DNA of 64,000 nt, taken from assembly GCF_006345805.1 (NCBI RefSeq), contig NC_043000.1, positions 155,992,001-156,056,000 of the forward strand, in the 5' to 3' direction. Source of the DNA: Octopus sinensis (Eukaryota). Under the pieces are notes generated by a model. The model had not been told where the DNA came from, did not search any database, and saw nothing but the letters and a program-made list of their open reading frames with translations. Of the stretch, positions 1 to 11,488 are shown in pieces; position 1 is the stretch's first letter; each line of letters starts with the position of its first letter. Position numbers and translations under genes: made by a program.

Positions 1-580
1 TTAGTCTTACACAAAAGGTAACAGAAAGAAGGAAAGAAAGAAAAAAAACGTAAAGAAAGAAAAGATTTGGAGAAAAAATTATTCAGAACGATTGCAAAAA
101 AGATTTAACAGATACAGGAACGATGTCAGGCACAATAACAATGGTTCCACGGAACTTGCGGAACATTTCACATCAAACGGGTGTAAATTTGAGGAGGACC
201 TGAAGGTGTGCCTTCTCAAAAAACACCCTCATTCCATTGCACTTTCAGTCCTCAAAACCCATGTGGACAGATATATTTGTGAGCTGTTGACATCTAAGCC
301 TGGAGGAATTAATAAAATGGCAGGTGAATTCCACCATGTTTATACTAAACTTTTTGACTGAATAATATTTTTCTCCAATTCTTTTCTTTCTTTCCTTCCT
401 TTCGCTACCTTTTGTATAAGCCCAAAGACTGATGACATTGTTTTACTTGGAAAGAAACGTAGTTATTCCGGTTTAATTTTGAATGTTTCAGCGTTTCCTA
501 TCTTTGAATTTAATTTCATTTCATATTTTGAACTTATAAAAGACACACAGTGTCGAAATATTGTTCACTCAATAAAATAT
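1..580 (+). mobile_element. Penelope-like element remnant: C-terminal GIY-YIG endonuclease (92-361), 3' UTR, and an inverted copy of the 3' UTR at 1-86
   Basis: RFNxxR..ELAEHF..C..L..I.EL.T.KPGGIN pattern; 1-86 is the reverse complement of 358-426 with one insertion. Confidence 0.75.
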
Positions 581-890
581 CTCTTTTACTCTTTTACTTG
601 TTTCAGTCATTTAACTGTGGCCATGCTGGAGCACCGCCTTTAGTCGAGCAACTCGATCCCGGGACTTATTCTTTGTAAGCCCAGTACTTATTCTATCGGT
701 CTCTTTTGCCGAACCGATAAGTTACGGGGATGTAAACACACCAGCATCGGTTGTGAAGCGATGTTGGGAAACAAACACATACACATATATATACATATAT
801 ACGACGGGCTTCTTTCAGTTTCCGTCTACCAAATCCACTCACAAGGCTTTGGTCGGCCCGAGGCTATAGTAGAAGACACTTGCCCAAGGT
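581..890 (-). mobile_element. SINE-B, 5'-truncated
   Basis: Matches other SINE-B copies in the window. Confidence 0.85.
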
Positions 891-962
891 CGCACTCTTC
901 GTCTTGTCTATTAACCTTTGTGAAGAGTTACGTCAATCCTTTTAAAATAATGATAATGATAA

Positions 963-1325
963 TAACTAGAAAAGCACTCAGAGAGCGCAGACAAGCTTAT
1001 TTTAAGACAGATACGTGAGTAAAATTATTAATAGAGGAATGAAAATAAACTTTGGAAACAGCAACGCCACCCTAGGTTACGTGCAAACGATGAACGTGTT
1101 TTCAAGGGAGATAATCAAAGAATGTAGCATTGTAATACTTCACGTAAAGTAAATATAACAAATGAAAAATCCTTCAAGAATCCATAAAAATTCCCGAATC
1201 ACTACCAAAATTTCATCATCTGTTCCTTGTGTCATTACTGTTCACAACTTTTTGAGTTATTTTGCACACAGACGGACAAACCAACGCCGATGAACACAAC
1301 CTCCTTCCTTGGCGGAGGTAATAAC
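963..1325 (-). mobile_element. Non-autonomous Helentron-like element (HINE/DINE-1 type)
   Basis: Minus-strand ends TTATTACCTCCGCCAAGG... and ...GTCTGCGCTCTCTGAGTGCTTTTCTAGTT; a related 5' end lies at 1540-1660. Confidence 0.55.
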
Positions 1326-1648
1326 AAGGCAACACCAACGTCCTCTGGACAATTAGTCGATGATTTTTAAAATGAGAATATCTGAAATAAACTCGTCTGC
1401 TCTCACAAACGAGAATACTGAAAATGAACCAGACCACTCTCAAAAATTAAGTTTAAAAAACCGGTAAAGCAATCCAGAATCTTTGTCCGGTACCAGATCC
1501 ATCCCGAAATCTAATCAGTTCGTGCCAGTCCCAATGCCCTGAAAGTTTCATTTGAATCCATCCAGCGGTTCTTGAGATATCTTGTCCACGAACAGACAAA
1601 CAAACACGACTGAAAACAATATCTTCGCTTCCACTAAGGTGGAGGTAA

Positions 1649-1660
<12 letters not shown>

Positions 1661-1710
<50 letters not shown>

Positions 1711-1750
1711 ATAATAATAATAATAATAACAACAGTAATAATAATGATAA
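1661..1750. repeat. (CTA)n/(TAA)n microsatellite
   Basis: Seen directly. Confidence 0.95.
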
Positions 1751-1753
1751 AAA

Positions 1754-2330
1754 ATGCCCTGATGCAATACCAGGCACTGGCACTCATGGTATCTGATCTT
1801 AACTGATTGGAAGTGTTATCATGTACATTGTTTTGTCTTGATATGAAAGATGGGCTACAGTAAATATTCTGCTCAATATGCCCTGATGCAGTACCAGGCA
1901 GGGGCTCCCATGGCTTTTGATCTTAACTGATTGGAAGTGTTATCATGTACATTGTTTTGTCTTGGTATGAAAGATGGGCTACAGTAAATATTCTGCTCAA
2001 TACCACAAATTTGCTCGTCAATTGTTTGACCTTAACCAGTTGAACATGTCCCTTGATGGCTGATGATATGTGCATCTCTGATCACAAGCAGAAGTAGTGG
2101 GGGAGCCTCACAGCCATGTGTTGTGAGGAATTCTTTGGAGTTTGAATAATTCATCTCTGGAAACAGGGGTGTTTCGTTCAAGATCCTTTATTTAGCGACC
2201 TTCTGAATGGGATGAGCTACTCGACCTGAAGAAAAATTTTTATTGGGCCCCACCTGCAAGGTCATGCACTGTTTATTTTGATATGGGATCACCATGTCAC
2301 GCACATATGGTTGTGATGCATGTGCCTGGT
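1754..2330 (-). mobile_element. Interspersed repeat (probable non-LTR 3' end) with an internal 124 bp tandem duplication
   Basis: Abuts the (TAA)n tract; 1754-1877 is repeated at 1878-2001. Confidence 0.45.
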
Positions 2331-2714
2331 GTACCACTATCAGACGGGTAGTCATGATGGGTATGCATTGTGATGCATAACTGAAAACATCATCAAATAC
2401 AAAACAACAGCAGCCATTTATTTTGCTGACTTTTGACCTGTGGCGGAGTTGTCACAAGTTACCGAAATCCTAAAAAGTTGGCAAACATAAAGACATTATA
2501 TAAAAGTTGTATTTGTTGTGTACATGTGTTTTTGTTGCTAAACAAGGCTATATTCTGTCTCCATTTGTCTTCATTCTTGTTACAGATTTTGGACTAAGTA
2601 GTCATAAATTTTTGTGCCATTTTGGACTAAGATCTAGAAGGAAACAGACTCACATGAGAAATGACAAGATGTCATTTTGTTAGTAATCCGTTGTTGATAT
2701 TGCGTTGTTGGGAA

Positions 2715-2945
2715 GGCAGTGAGCTGGCAGAATCGTTAGCACGCCGGGCGAAATGCTCACCGGTATTTCGTCTGCCGCTACGTTCTGAGTTCAAATTCCG
2801 CCGAGGTCGACTTTGCCTTTCATCCTTTCGGGGTCGATTAAATAAGTACCAGTTACGCACTGGGGTCGATATAATCAACTTAATCCATTTGTTTGTCCTT
2901 GTTTGTCCCCTCTGTGTTTAGCTCCTTGTGGGTAATAAAGAAATA
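2715..2945 (+). mobile_element. SINE-A (~230 bp, tRNA-like head, central CTTTCATCCTTTCGGGGTCGATAAA domain)
   Basis: About ten near-identical copies in the window; B-box-like GAGTTCAAATTCC. Confidence 0.85.
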
Positions 2946-3639
2946 GATATTGTGTCGTTGGGAAAACATTAAGAAAGTTTGTGTGCTTGTACGAATTCTG
3001 AAAACAATCACAATAGAAAAGTTAGCTTTGGTTTTAATGCAACAAAATGTTCAGTGTGAAGATGGTTTAAAAGTTGCAGTAAATAGCGGAATCTTAGAAA
3101 TTGTACCCTGCTTTATCAACTTGGACAGTACCATATGTGCAGATGATAACAGTGGTGGGGAAGTAAGACTAGAATTGTAAAACCTGAGATAGCATGAGAT
3201 TTTATAGTATTTGGAAACTAAAAAGCGTCTGTATAAAAGTAAACTGGTGACAATTTAAAAGCCAAAGGTGTCTTCTCTGTATCCTACATGTAACATACAG
3301 GGATCAAATTACAGATGTAGAAATAGAACAAGACACAAGAAGCAAGTGGTAATGCTGAGAACAAGAACATTAAGGTGACTTAGTCATGTATTGAGAAGAG
3401 TGAGGAAACAATACCGAAAGATGTGGTGGAATGGAAATTTCATGATGGCAAAAGAATTGTAGGAAGGCCTCAGCTGATATAGCAAAATGTAGAAAGACAA
3501 CAAAAAAGAGACATTGTGTGGGGTATAATGGGAAAATGACAAGGAAAGTGGGCACATCAAATGCCTCTGGATGGAAGTGATATGCGCTTTACAAGCTCAG
3601 GGGAACAGAATCTGTTATATTAGTTATGGAAGAAATAGA

Positions 3640-4130
3640 AAAGATTGGTGTACTTGTAAAGTAGTAGTTGTGTTTGGTGGTTAAATACATGGGAAATACT
3701 CTAATGTTGACCATTCTTAAGATTTATAGAGGGTCAGTGATTGACCCATGGCAAGTGTTTTCTGGACTTGAAGTGGAAGTTTAACCTTTGGAATGTAGTT
3801 ATAGTGTTATAGATGTGTTGTTACTATGAGACATCAACAGGTATTGTGAAATATTAGATTTGGTGTGAGTTTGAAGGCGCTAACTGTGTCGCTAAATACT
3901 GGAGAGGATGGAGTAGTAGAAAGAGGGAAATGCTGTAGCATTGTTTCCTTGCTATGTGCAAGAACTGTGTCTTCTGTTTGTTGAAAGAGGTTATGGTGTC
4001 ATAGTCTCTTTAAATGCTGTTCAAGAATCAGTGAAGTTTGGAATAGTGACTAGCATGTAATGATGGTGCTTAGAGGCAGAAGGCTTAGGAGGAATGTAAG
4101 TTGTATTATCCGCATAAGAGTGTAGGATAT
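3640..4130 (-). mobile_element. Old LINE reverse transcriptase fragment
   Basis: ILHSYADNTT (YADD-like) at about 4125-4099; heavily degraded. Confidence 0.45.
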
Positions 4131-4277
4131 AAGCAAACAGACATGAAATCAAAGAGTATATATTTACAAGGAATTTTTAAAGCAATTTTTGAATAATTGT
4201 AACAGAGCTTCTACAGATAACTTTCGAAGCTTAATTATATCAACAAAAATAAACAGCAATTATATACATTGTCTTAT

Positions 4278-4590
4278 GGAGGCGCAATGGCCCAGTGGTT
4301 AGGGCAGCGGACTCGCGGTTGTAGGATCGCGGTTTCGATTCCCAGACCGGGCGTTGTGAGTGTTTATTGAGCGAAAACACCTAAAGCTCCATGAGGCTCC
4401 GGCAGGGGTTGGTGGCGATCCCTGCTGTACTCTTTCACCACAACTTTCTCTCACTCTTTCTTCAGTTGGCCTGCTCACTTAGCCAGTGGGGTGGCGTCAT
4501 TTGAAGGCTAAAATAATGCGAAGTGCATTGTGACCAGCGATGTGTAGCAACATCTGATAGCCTGGTCAGTCACGGTGATCACGGTGATAT
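4278..4590 (+). mobile_element. SINE-C (tRNA-derived)
   Basis: A-box TGGCCCAGTGG and B-box GGTTTCGATTCC; flanked by a TATACAT(T/C)GTCTTAT duplication. Confidence 0.85.
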
Positions 4591-5516
4591 ACATCGTCTT
4601 ATAGATACAGTCATTTGTTTTAAAGATAGCTATTTTCTAATTGATTTCTTTTGGCAAGTCATGAAGGCCCAATATTTTGAGAGAGAAGTGAGAAGTTGTG
4701 AAGCACAGTAAATAAGTTTTGATCAAGAACCACAGTAAATTTGGAATTTCATTTCACGAGAAACATATATTTTATGATAGTCATGACAAAATAATGAATT
4801 ATTGTTTAGTTAAGACTGTCCATGATGTCAGTAGCTTAATTTTAGATTTCCTAGTTATGACTGTTGAATGTTTATAGTCTAGGGAAAGTCACAGATGGTT
4901 CTGTCATTGATATAATACTGAGCAACAAACTCAGTGTATTGCAGTTTTTTCCCAGTCACTAGTGTTACTTTGTATTCACAGCCAAGACAGCTGTGATAAG
5001 TCAAGTCCACCTAAGTCAAAGTAGATTATGTAGGTGGTACAATTTACTGTTGTTAGCAGCATAGCATATCGATATCATGCAGAGTTAAGTATGACATTTC
5101 CCTCCAAGGAAGTTTATTTGACTGACCTAACTCTTATCCAGAGCAACATTTATTATTCATCCATTTCATGTTATTGATTCTTCTGATTTAGAAATCATTT
5201 TTTTTTTTTTATAATGACATAATTGGTTTCAAATTTGAAATTCATAAGGAAAGCAAACATTAAATGGGTAACAACTGTGAATAAATATCATGTTACATGA
5301 GTTAAAATGGGGTCTGCCACAGTCAAACTCAACATGATAATGTTCTAGATTGCAAATAAAATAGAAAAAGGAATCTCTCTAATAGGCAGGCCTTACACAC
5401 ATAACCAAGCTGTACCTTCTTAATCTTGGATAGTTTCTTATATTGACTTCTAAAATTACTGAACCTAAAATACTTCTCATAAACCTACTTGATACCTTTA
5501 CCTTTTCTACTGTTTC

Positions 5517-5812
5517 TCATCATCATCGTTTAACGTCCACTTTCCATGCTAGCATGGGTTGGACGATTTGACTGAGGGCTGGCAAACCAGATGGCTGCAC
5601 CAGGCTCCAATCTTGATCTGGCAGAGTTTCTACAGCTGGATGCCTTTCCTAACGCCAACCACTCCGAGAGTGTAGTGGGTGCTTTTACGTGCCAGTCAGG
5701 CAGTACTGGCAACGACCTCACTCGAATCTTTTTACACATGCCACCGGCACAGGTGCCAGTAAGGTGATGCTGGTAACGATCATGCTCGAATGGTGCCTTT
5801 TACGTGTCACCA
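5517..5812 (-). mobile_element. RTE-A LINE solo 3' tail
   Basis: Matches the 3' end of the LINE at 18630-22190; (GAT)n tail. Confidence 0.85.
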
Positions 5813-6221
5813 CCTTATCCCCTACTCCTGCCAGAACTCATAACGAATGCTTTACCCAGTCCTTAATCGGTACTGCATTTTCTCTGGAGTGCTAATACCA
5901 TCTGTTGTCCTCTTCATTGTCTAACCATTAATAATTCCATTAAGGCACTATCAGAAAAATTATATTCTAGTTATTCCAATATATACCTGCCTAGAATAAT
6001 CAAGAAATGCTATGAACACTGTTCTTCCTTTTTAGACTAAGAAACAAGAAAACCTCATCATATTTTCAGTCAGAGAAGTAGAAGCAATGACCAAGATTTC
6101 TCCGTCTCTCTCTCTGACTGATATTCATTTTGAACATACTTAAGATGATGTCTACTGGAAAAATAAGGAACAGGAGACAAAAATTAGTGTTCCTTTCTTG
6201 TCAGGAAGGACTGGGTAGTGT

Positions 6222-6407
6222 TTAACTCTTTAGCATTTAAATCAGCCATATCTAGCCCAAATATTCTCACTGTTTTATGTTCAAACCAGCCAGATCCAGC
6301 CTCTCACACCTACCCTACAATGTCATTCTAAAAACAATCACATCATCAAAATCTCAAACCTACAAGATGATGCATATGAAAGAGTAATCTGAATGAAAAA
6401 GGGTTAA
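6222..6407. mobile_element. TTAA-flanked MITE (piggyBac-like termini)
   Basis: TTAAC(C/T)CTTTAGCATT ... GAATGxxAAAGGGTTAA inverted ends; several copies in the window. Confidence 0.7.
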
Positions 6408-6585
6408 TGCAGGATTTTCTTTATTATTTATGAGTTAGTAAGGGTAACTGGTGCAGTAACCTATAGCATGGTAGATTAGGCAAATGTCTTCTACCATAGC
6501 CTGAAGCTGACCAAAGCCTTATGAGTGGGATTTGGTAGACGGAAACTGAAAGAAACCCATCGTATATCTATATATATAAAAACAA

Positions 6586-6814
6586 GGGCGAGCTGGCAGA
6601 AACGTTAGCACGCCGGGCGAAATGCACAGCCATATCTCATCTGTCGTTACGATCCGAGTTCAAATTCCGCCGAGGTTGACTTTGCCTTTCATCCTTTTGG
6701 GGTCGATAAATAAAGTACCAGTTACGCACTGGGGTCGATGTAATTGACTTAATCCCTTTGTCTGTCCTTGTTTGTCCCCTCTATGTTTAGCCCCTTGTGG
6801 GTAGTAAAGAAATA
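6586..6814 (+). mobile_element. SINE-A
   Basis: Family match; TSD TATATATAAAAACAA. Confidence 0.85.
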
Positions 6815-7029
6815 TATATATATAAAAACAAAAGATGTCTGTGTGTGTAATACGTATGCATTTCGACAGTTTTCAACTGATTTTCACCAAACATTACACA
6901 CATATTACTTATGTGCCAAGGATGGTCATGCACTATAATTTTTTGCCCTGAGCTCTCATGTAAAGCGAGAAACAGGGGGAAAATGTGTTTTACACGGGTT
7001 TTTCTCTAAAATCTGCAGTTTCAACCAAT

Positions 7030-7350
7030 TCTCTCCCTTTTCTCAATGTTTCTCTTTACATATATTCTCACCATCTGTAACAGTTTCTCTTTATTAATGT
7101 CTTCTTTCTTTCCTTCTTTTGTTCTTTCTCTTTCCCTCCCTGTTCTTTCTTTCTCTCTCCCTCCTTTCTTTCTTACACCTTTTCCTTCTTTCTTTCTTGC
7201 TCCCCCTTTTCTTTCTCCCACCCTTCCTCTTTCTTTATTTCCTTCTCCCCCTTTTTCTTTCATTCTTTCTCCCATCTGCTTTCTTTTTTTTGTCTCCATC
7301 CCACTCCCTTTTTTCTTTCCTTCCATTCTACCTTCTTTCTTTCTTTCTTT
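7030..7350. repeat. Polypyrimidine/polypurine low-complexity tract
   Basis: Almost only C/T on the + strand; explains the spurious ORFs at 7021-7418. Confidence 0.9.
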
Positions 7351-7639
7351 CTGTTCAACTAAAGGCAGTGCTCCAGCATGGCCACAGTCAACTGACTGAA
7401 ACAAGTAAAAGAATTTAAAAAATCTGTCATTTTAATCCCGAGCAATGCCAGGTATCTCTGCTAGTATATGTATATATTTATGTGTGAGTGTCTTTGTGTC
7501 TGTGTTTGTCCCCCAAAACCACTTGACAACTGATGCTGGCATATTTATGTTCCAGTAACTTAGTGGTTTGGCAAAAGAGACCAATAGAATAAGTACCAGG
7601 CTACAAAAAATAAGTACTGGGATCGATTTGGCTGACTAA

Positions 7640-7806
7640 GATTTTTCAATACCAGAGGGCGCACACTCTCCTACCCTGATGTAATCTCCAGGGATACAGG
7701 CATCCAGCAACAGGACCTCCGTAATGCCATGATGGACCGTGAAGTCTGGCGTAGCATGGTAAATTCCATTGTCTCGACCACGGTCGAACAATGATGATGA
7801 TGATGA
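7640..7806 (+). mobile_element. RTE-B LINE 3' tail inserted in a SINE-B
   Basis: YPDVISRDTGIQQQDLRNAMMDREVWRSMV, matching 31090-31641; (GAT)n tail; GATTTTTCAA duplication. Confidence 0.8.
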
Positions 7807-8035
7807 TTTTTCAAGGCAGTGCCCCAATAGGGCTGCAGTCTGATCACTGAAACAAGCAAGATATCAAAAGTAAAAAGAGACAAAAGACAATGGGTTATAT
7901 TCTTGAAGATAAACAAAAAAAATCTAAACACTCACTTAAACAACAGTTCTCAACTTGGGCACTAATGCCTCCTTGGAAACATGGTGAACTCACAGAAAAG
8001 TGGCAAGTGTTATGATGGTGCTATGAAGGGGTGAA

Positions 8036-8373
8036 GGCGCATGGCTCAGTGGTTAGAGCATCGAGCTTACGATCGTGAGGTTGTGAGTTTGAATCCCGGA
8101 CCGGGCTGCATGTTGTGTTCTTGAGCAAGACACTTTATTTCACGTTGCTCCAATTCACTCAGTTGTAAAAATGAGTTGCGACTTCACAGGTGCCAAGCTG
8201 TATCGGCCCCTTTGCCTTTCCCTTGGATAACACTGGTGGCGTTGAGAGGGGAAGCCGGTATGCTATGCATGGGCAACTGCTAGTCTTCCATAAACAACCT
8301 TGCGCGGACTTGTGCCTGGGAGGGTAACTTTCTAGGTGCAATCCCACGGTCAGTCATGACCGAAAGGGGTCTC
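8036..8373 (+). mobile_element. SINE-D (tRNA head, CORE-like CTTGAGCAAGACACTT)
   Basis: A and B boxes; inverted copy at 26378-26707. Confidence 0.8.
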
Positions 8374-8674
8374 AATGAAGGGGTGAGGACGTGAGGAAGT
8401 CGTGATATTCCTTAGAAGTAAAAGTTTAGTATTCAGATTACTATGCCAAATTTAATACTGATTAATAGTGCTGTTTTGAATTAACCCTTCATTATCTTCT
8501 AACTTTGCCAATGCAATAATGTGATTATATATCTTTAGTATGACATTGTAAGGTAGATGTAAGAGGTCAGATTTTGACAGTCTGAACATAAAACAGGTAG
8601 AATATTAGAATTTGGGATGGATAATGGTCAGTTCAAATGCTAAAGGGCTAAACCAGGTATATAATACTTCTATT

Positions 8675-9321
8675 TTAACCCTTTCGTGTTCAAGCTGGCC
8701 GTATCAGGCCCAAATATTCTTCTTGTTTTATGTTCAAACTGGACAGATCAGGTCTCTCACACCAACCCGACAATGCCATTCTAAAAGTAGACAATCACAT
8801 CATCAAAATCTCAAAGCTACAAGATGATGTATACTCTTTTACTCTACTCTCTTTTACTTGTTTCAGTCATTTGACTGCGGCCATGCTGGAGCACCGCCTT
8901 TAATCAAGCAACTCGACTCCGGGACTTATTCTTTTGTAAGCCCAGTACTTATTCTATCGGTCTCTTTTTGCCGAACCGCTAGGTAACGGGGACATAAACA
9001 CACCAGCATCGGTTGTCAAGCAATGCTAGGGGGACAAACACAGACACACAAACACACACACGCATATATATATATACATATATACGACGGGCTTCTTTAA
9101 GTTTCCGTCTACCAAATCCACTCACAAGGCTTTGGTCAGCCAGAGGCTATAGCAGAAGACACTTGCCCAAGGTGCCATGCAGTGGAACTGAACCCGGAAC
9201 CATGTGGTTGGTAAACAAGCTACTTACCACACAGCCACTCCTGCGCCTATGATAAATTTTTAAAAAATGTGAATAAAAAAGCATTACTTTTGACAGAGTA
9301 ACCTGAATACTAAAGGGTTAA
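8675..9321. mobile_element. TTAA MITE interrupted by a SINE-B
   Basis: MITE halves at 8675-8833 and about 9250-9321; another copy at 8481-8651. Confidence 0.7.
8834..9247 (-). mobile_element. SINE-B full length (~400 bp, tRNA head, CORE-like CCTTGGGCAAGT, internal TA/TG tract, (AAAGAGT)n tail)
   Basis: About 15 copies in the window. Confidence 0.9.
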
Positions 9322-9993
9322 ACACATTTTGAGTATTAGAACATGAATGACACATTGCATCAGTGAGGAAGAAACACGGATTGATGATTCGACAAAAGTC
9401 CAATTATATGTCTTTGCTGCCATTTATAATTTCCATAAAAATCTAACGTAGGGGATAATAAACTACTGTACAAAATTAACTTTAATTTAATTAAAATAAT
9501 TTGTACTTTTTAATTATGTTTTTTTTTTTAGGAAAGTGGTATTTGCAAAACTCCATTTGGCAAAAGGGGTGATGAGATCCAAAGTTTCAGAACCACAACC
9601 GATTAAGGTACAGGTACATCAAAGGTCATTACTGCAAGACATATTTGAGAGCAAAGAAATCTTGGGATTGATTAAGGGTGGGAGTGGGGTGGGTAGGGAA
9701 AGAGATATCAACATCAATGTATTTTCCAATGACCTGTGTAGTTATGGAAGTAATAAACAAATATTTTCAAACATCAAGACATATTCTTCTTTTTCAAATA
9801 AGCAAGTAAAAATTGGAATGATTATTTATATATTTTAACTTTATTCTTTATTTAAAAAGATATGTTGTCTTTGTACATGTTTATACAAACATAATATACT
9901 CACAAATATATTTATACCATTGTCATTTAACATCTGTCTTCCATGCTGTATAATATACACATATACATATATATACATACATATATACATACA

Positions 9994-10720
9994 CCTGGGA
10001 CGAGGTGGTGAAGCACGACCTTCGAACTTTAGGTCTCACTGAGGAAATGACTAGAGACCGAGACCTCTGGAAGTGTGCTGTGCGCGAGAAGACCCGGCAG
10101 GACAAGTGAGTCCACAACCCGTGGCCTTCTACATGGGATGGAGCCAGCCTACGTATGCATACCTTCCCTTCTTGGGACACAAAACTCTACTTGTGAAGAC
10201 GTGTTGAGGCAAGTGAGGATCAGAATCGAAATCGATCAATGGAAATTGCGGATGTGCTACCAGTGCCGGTGGCATGTCGAAACTCTGCTTGTGAAGACCC
10301 ATTGAGGCAAGTGAGGATCAGAATCGAAATCGATCAATGGAAATCGATCAATGGAAATTGCAGATGTGTTACCAGTGCCGGTGGCATGTAAGAGAACTTT
10401 CCGTTTCGCGACCGTTGCCAGCACCGCCCCGTTTCGTGTCCGTTGCCAGCCTCGCCTGGCCCTCGTGCCGGTGGCACATAAAAAGCACCATCCGTTCGTG
10501 GCCGTTTGCCAGCTCTGTCTGGCACCAGTGCGGGTGGCACGTAAAAAGCACCCACTACACTCACGGAGTGGTTGGCGTTAGGAAGGGCATCCAGCCGTAG
10601 AAACACTGCCAGATTTGACTGGGCCTGATGAAGCCTTCTGGCTTCACAGACCCCAGTAGAACCGTCCAACCCATGCTAGCATGGAAAACGGACGCTAAAT
10701 GATGATGATGATGATGATGA
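9994..10720 (+). mobile_element. RTE-A LINE 3' end
   Basis: TWDEVVKHDLRTLGLTEEMTRDRDLWK C-terminus, 3' UTR and (GAT)n. Confidence 0.9.
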
Positions 10721-11354
10721 TATATATATATATATATTTTTACACATACATACACATTATAAGAATATTATACATTCAATATTCATACATTATTTTGGAT
10801 TTTAGCATTGTTGTATTGTTATCTGTAAAAAATATGTAATAATTCAGAAAAATTTTACTGATGTTTGTTCTGAGAAGCTCAAGAAGCAGTTATTTTTATT
10901 ATACTTATTTTTAACTGGGGAAAAGGCAAGTTATTGCTCATAGCTCACACAAATGAGAGAGTGCATAGGTCAGGAGAGAAATTTTTTTTAGTTAATGGGT
11001 TTGAAATGTTAAGGAGTCATTGTATTGTGTAAAAGTATACAATGCAGAAGGAAAAGTCTGTAGAACAGCAGTGGTGGTGTGCATGCTGTATTTTCTGCAC
11101 TATTCACATAGAATAAACACTCTATCAGTAAAGGGGGAAAAAGACCAATGAGACAGGAATAGGATTAGATAGTATCAAGTGTAAGCAAGAATAAAGTCAG
11201 CAAAATTTTGAAGTTCAGATAATATTTTATTTATTTGAGACAGATTGTTCAAGAAGAGAGGGATGGGGCTGACTAGTGGAAAGAAGGGCCAAAACAATCC
11301 TCAGATCCAAAACCTGGTCTGATTGCTTGTAACTGAGTGAATTCTGCGAAAGGC

Positions 11355-11488
11355 ACCCAAGGACCAGGTGTGATGTTAATCTAGATGATAGATTAAGTCA
11401 GTTACCCATGAATAATATCAAACCCAAGGACCAGGTGTGATGTTAAACTAGATGATAGATTAAGTCAGTTACCCATGAGTAATATCAA
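11355..11488. repeat. 67 bp tandem duplication
   Basis: ACCCAAGGACCAGGTGTGATG... starts at 11355 and 11422. Confidence 0.9.

Larger units (their letters stand above)
6567..7464 (+). mobile_element. Non-autonomous Helitron inserted in a SINE-B, itself carrying a SINE-A
   Basis: Starts with TC after A; ends with CCCGAGCAATGCCAGG hairpin and CTAG before T; same ends as 23362-23667. Confidence 0.7.

Noticed and set aside
429-470. Hammerhead motif (CTGATGA...GAAACGTAGT) in the first Penelope 3' UTR
   Set aside because: Core motifs are present and the location fits, but I cannot form stem II or stem I. At best a decayed relic.
2587-2685. Kinase-like DFGLS exon after a plausible acceptor
   Set aside because: The frame closes after about 32 codons with no activation-loop or APE motif, and no other kinase exon was found.
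4278-4350. tRNA genes at SINE heads (also 8036, 17223, 32912)
   Set aside because: A and B boxes are present, but they continue into SINE bodies and lack a complete cloverleaf acceptor stem.
7021-7418. Lys/Glu-rich and Phe/Leu/Ser-rich ORFs
   Set aside because: These are translations of a polypurine/polypyrimidine tract.
8834-9252. Recurrent ORFs MSSNARGTNT... / MLGGQTQT... suggesting a gene family
   Set aside because: They are antisense frames of SINE-B copies and vary with the internal microsatellite length.
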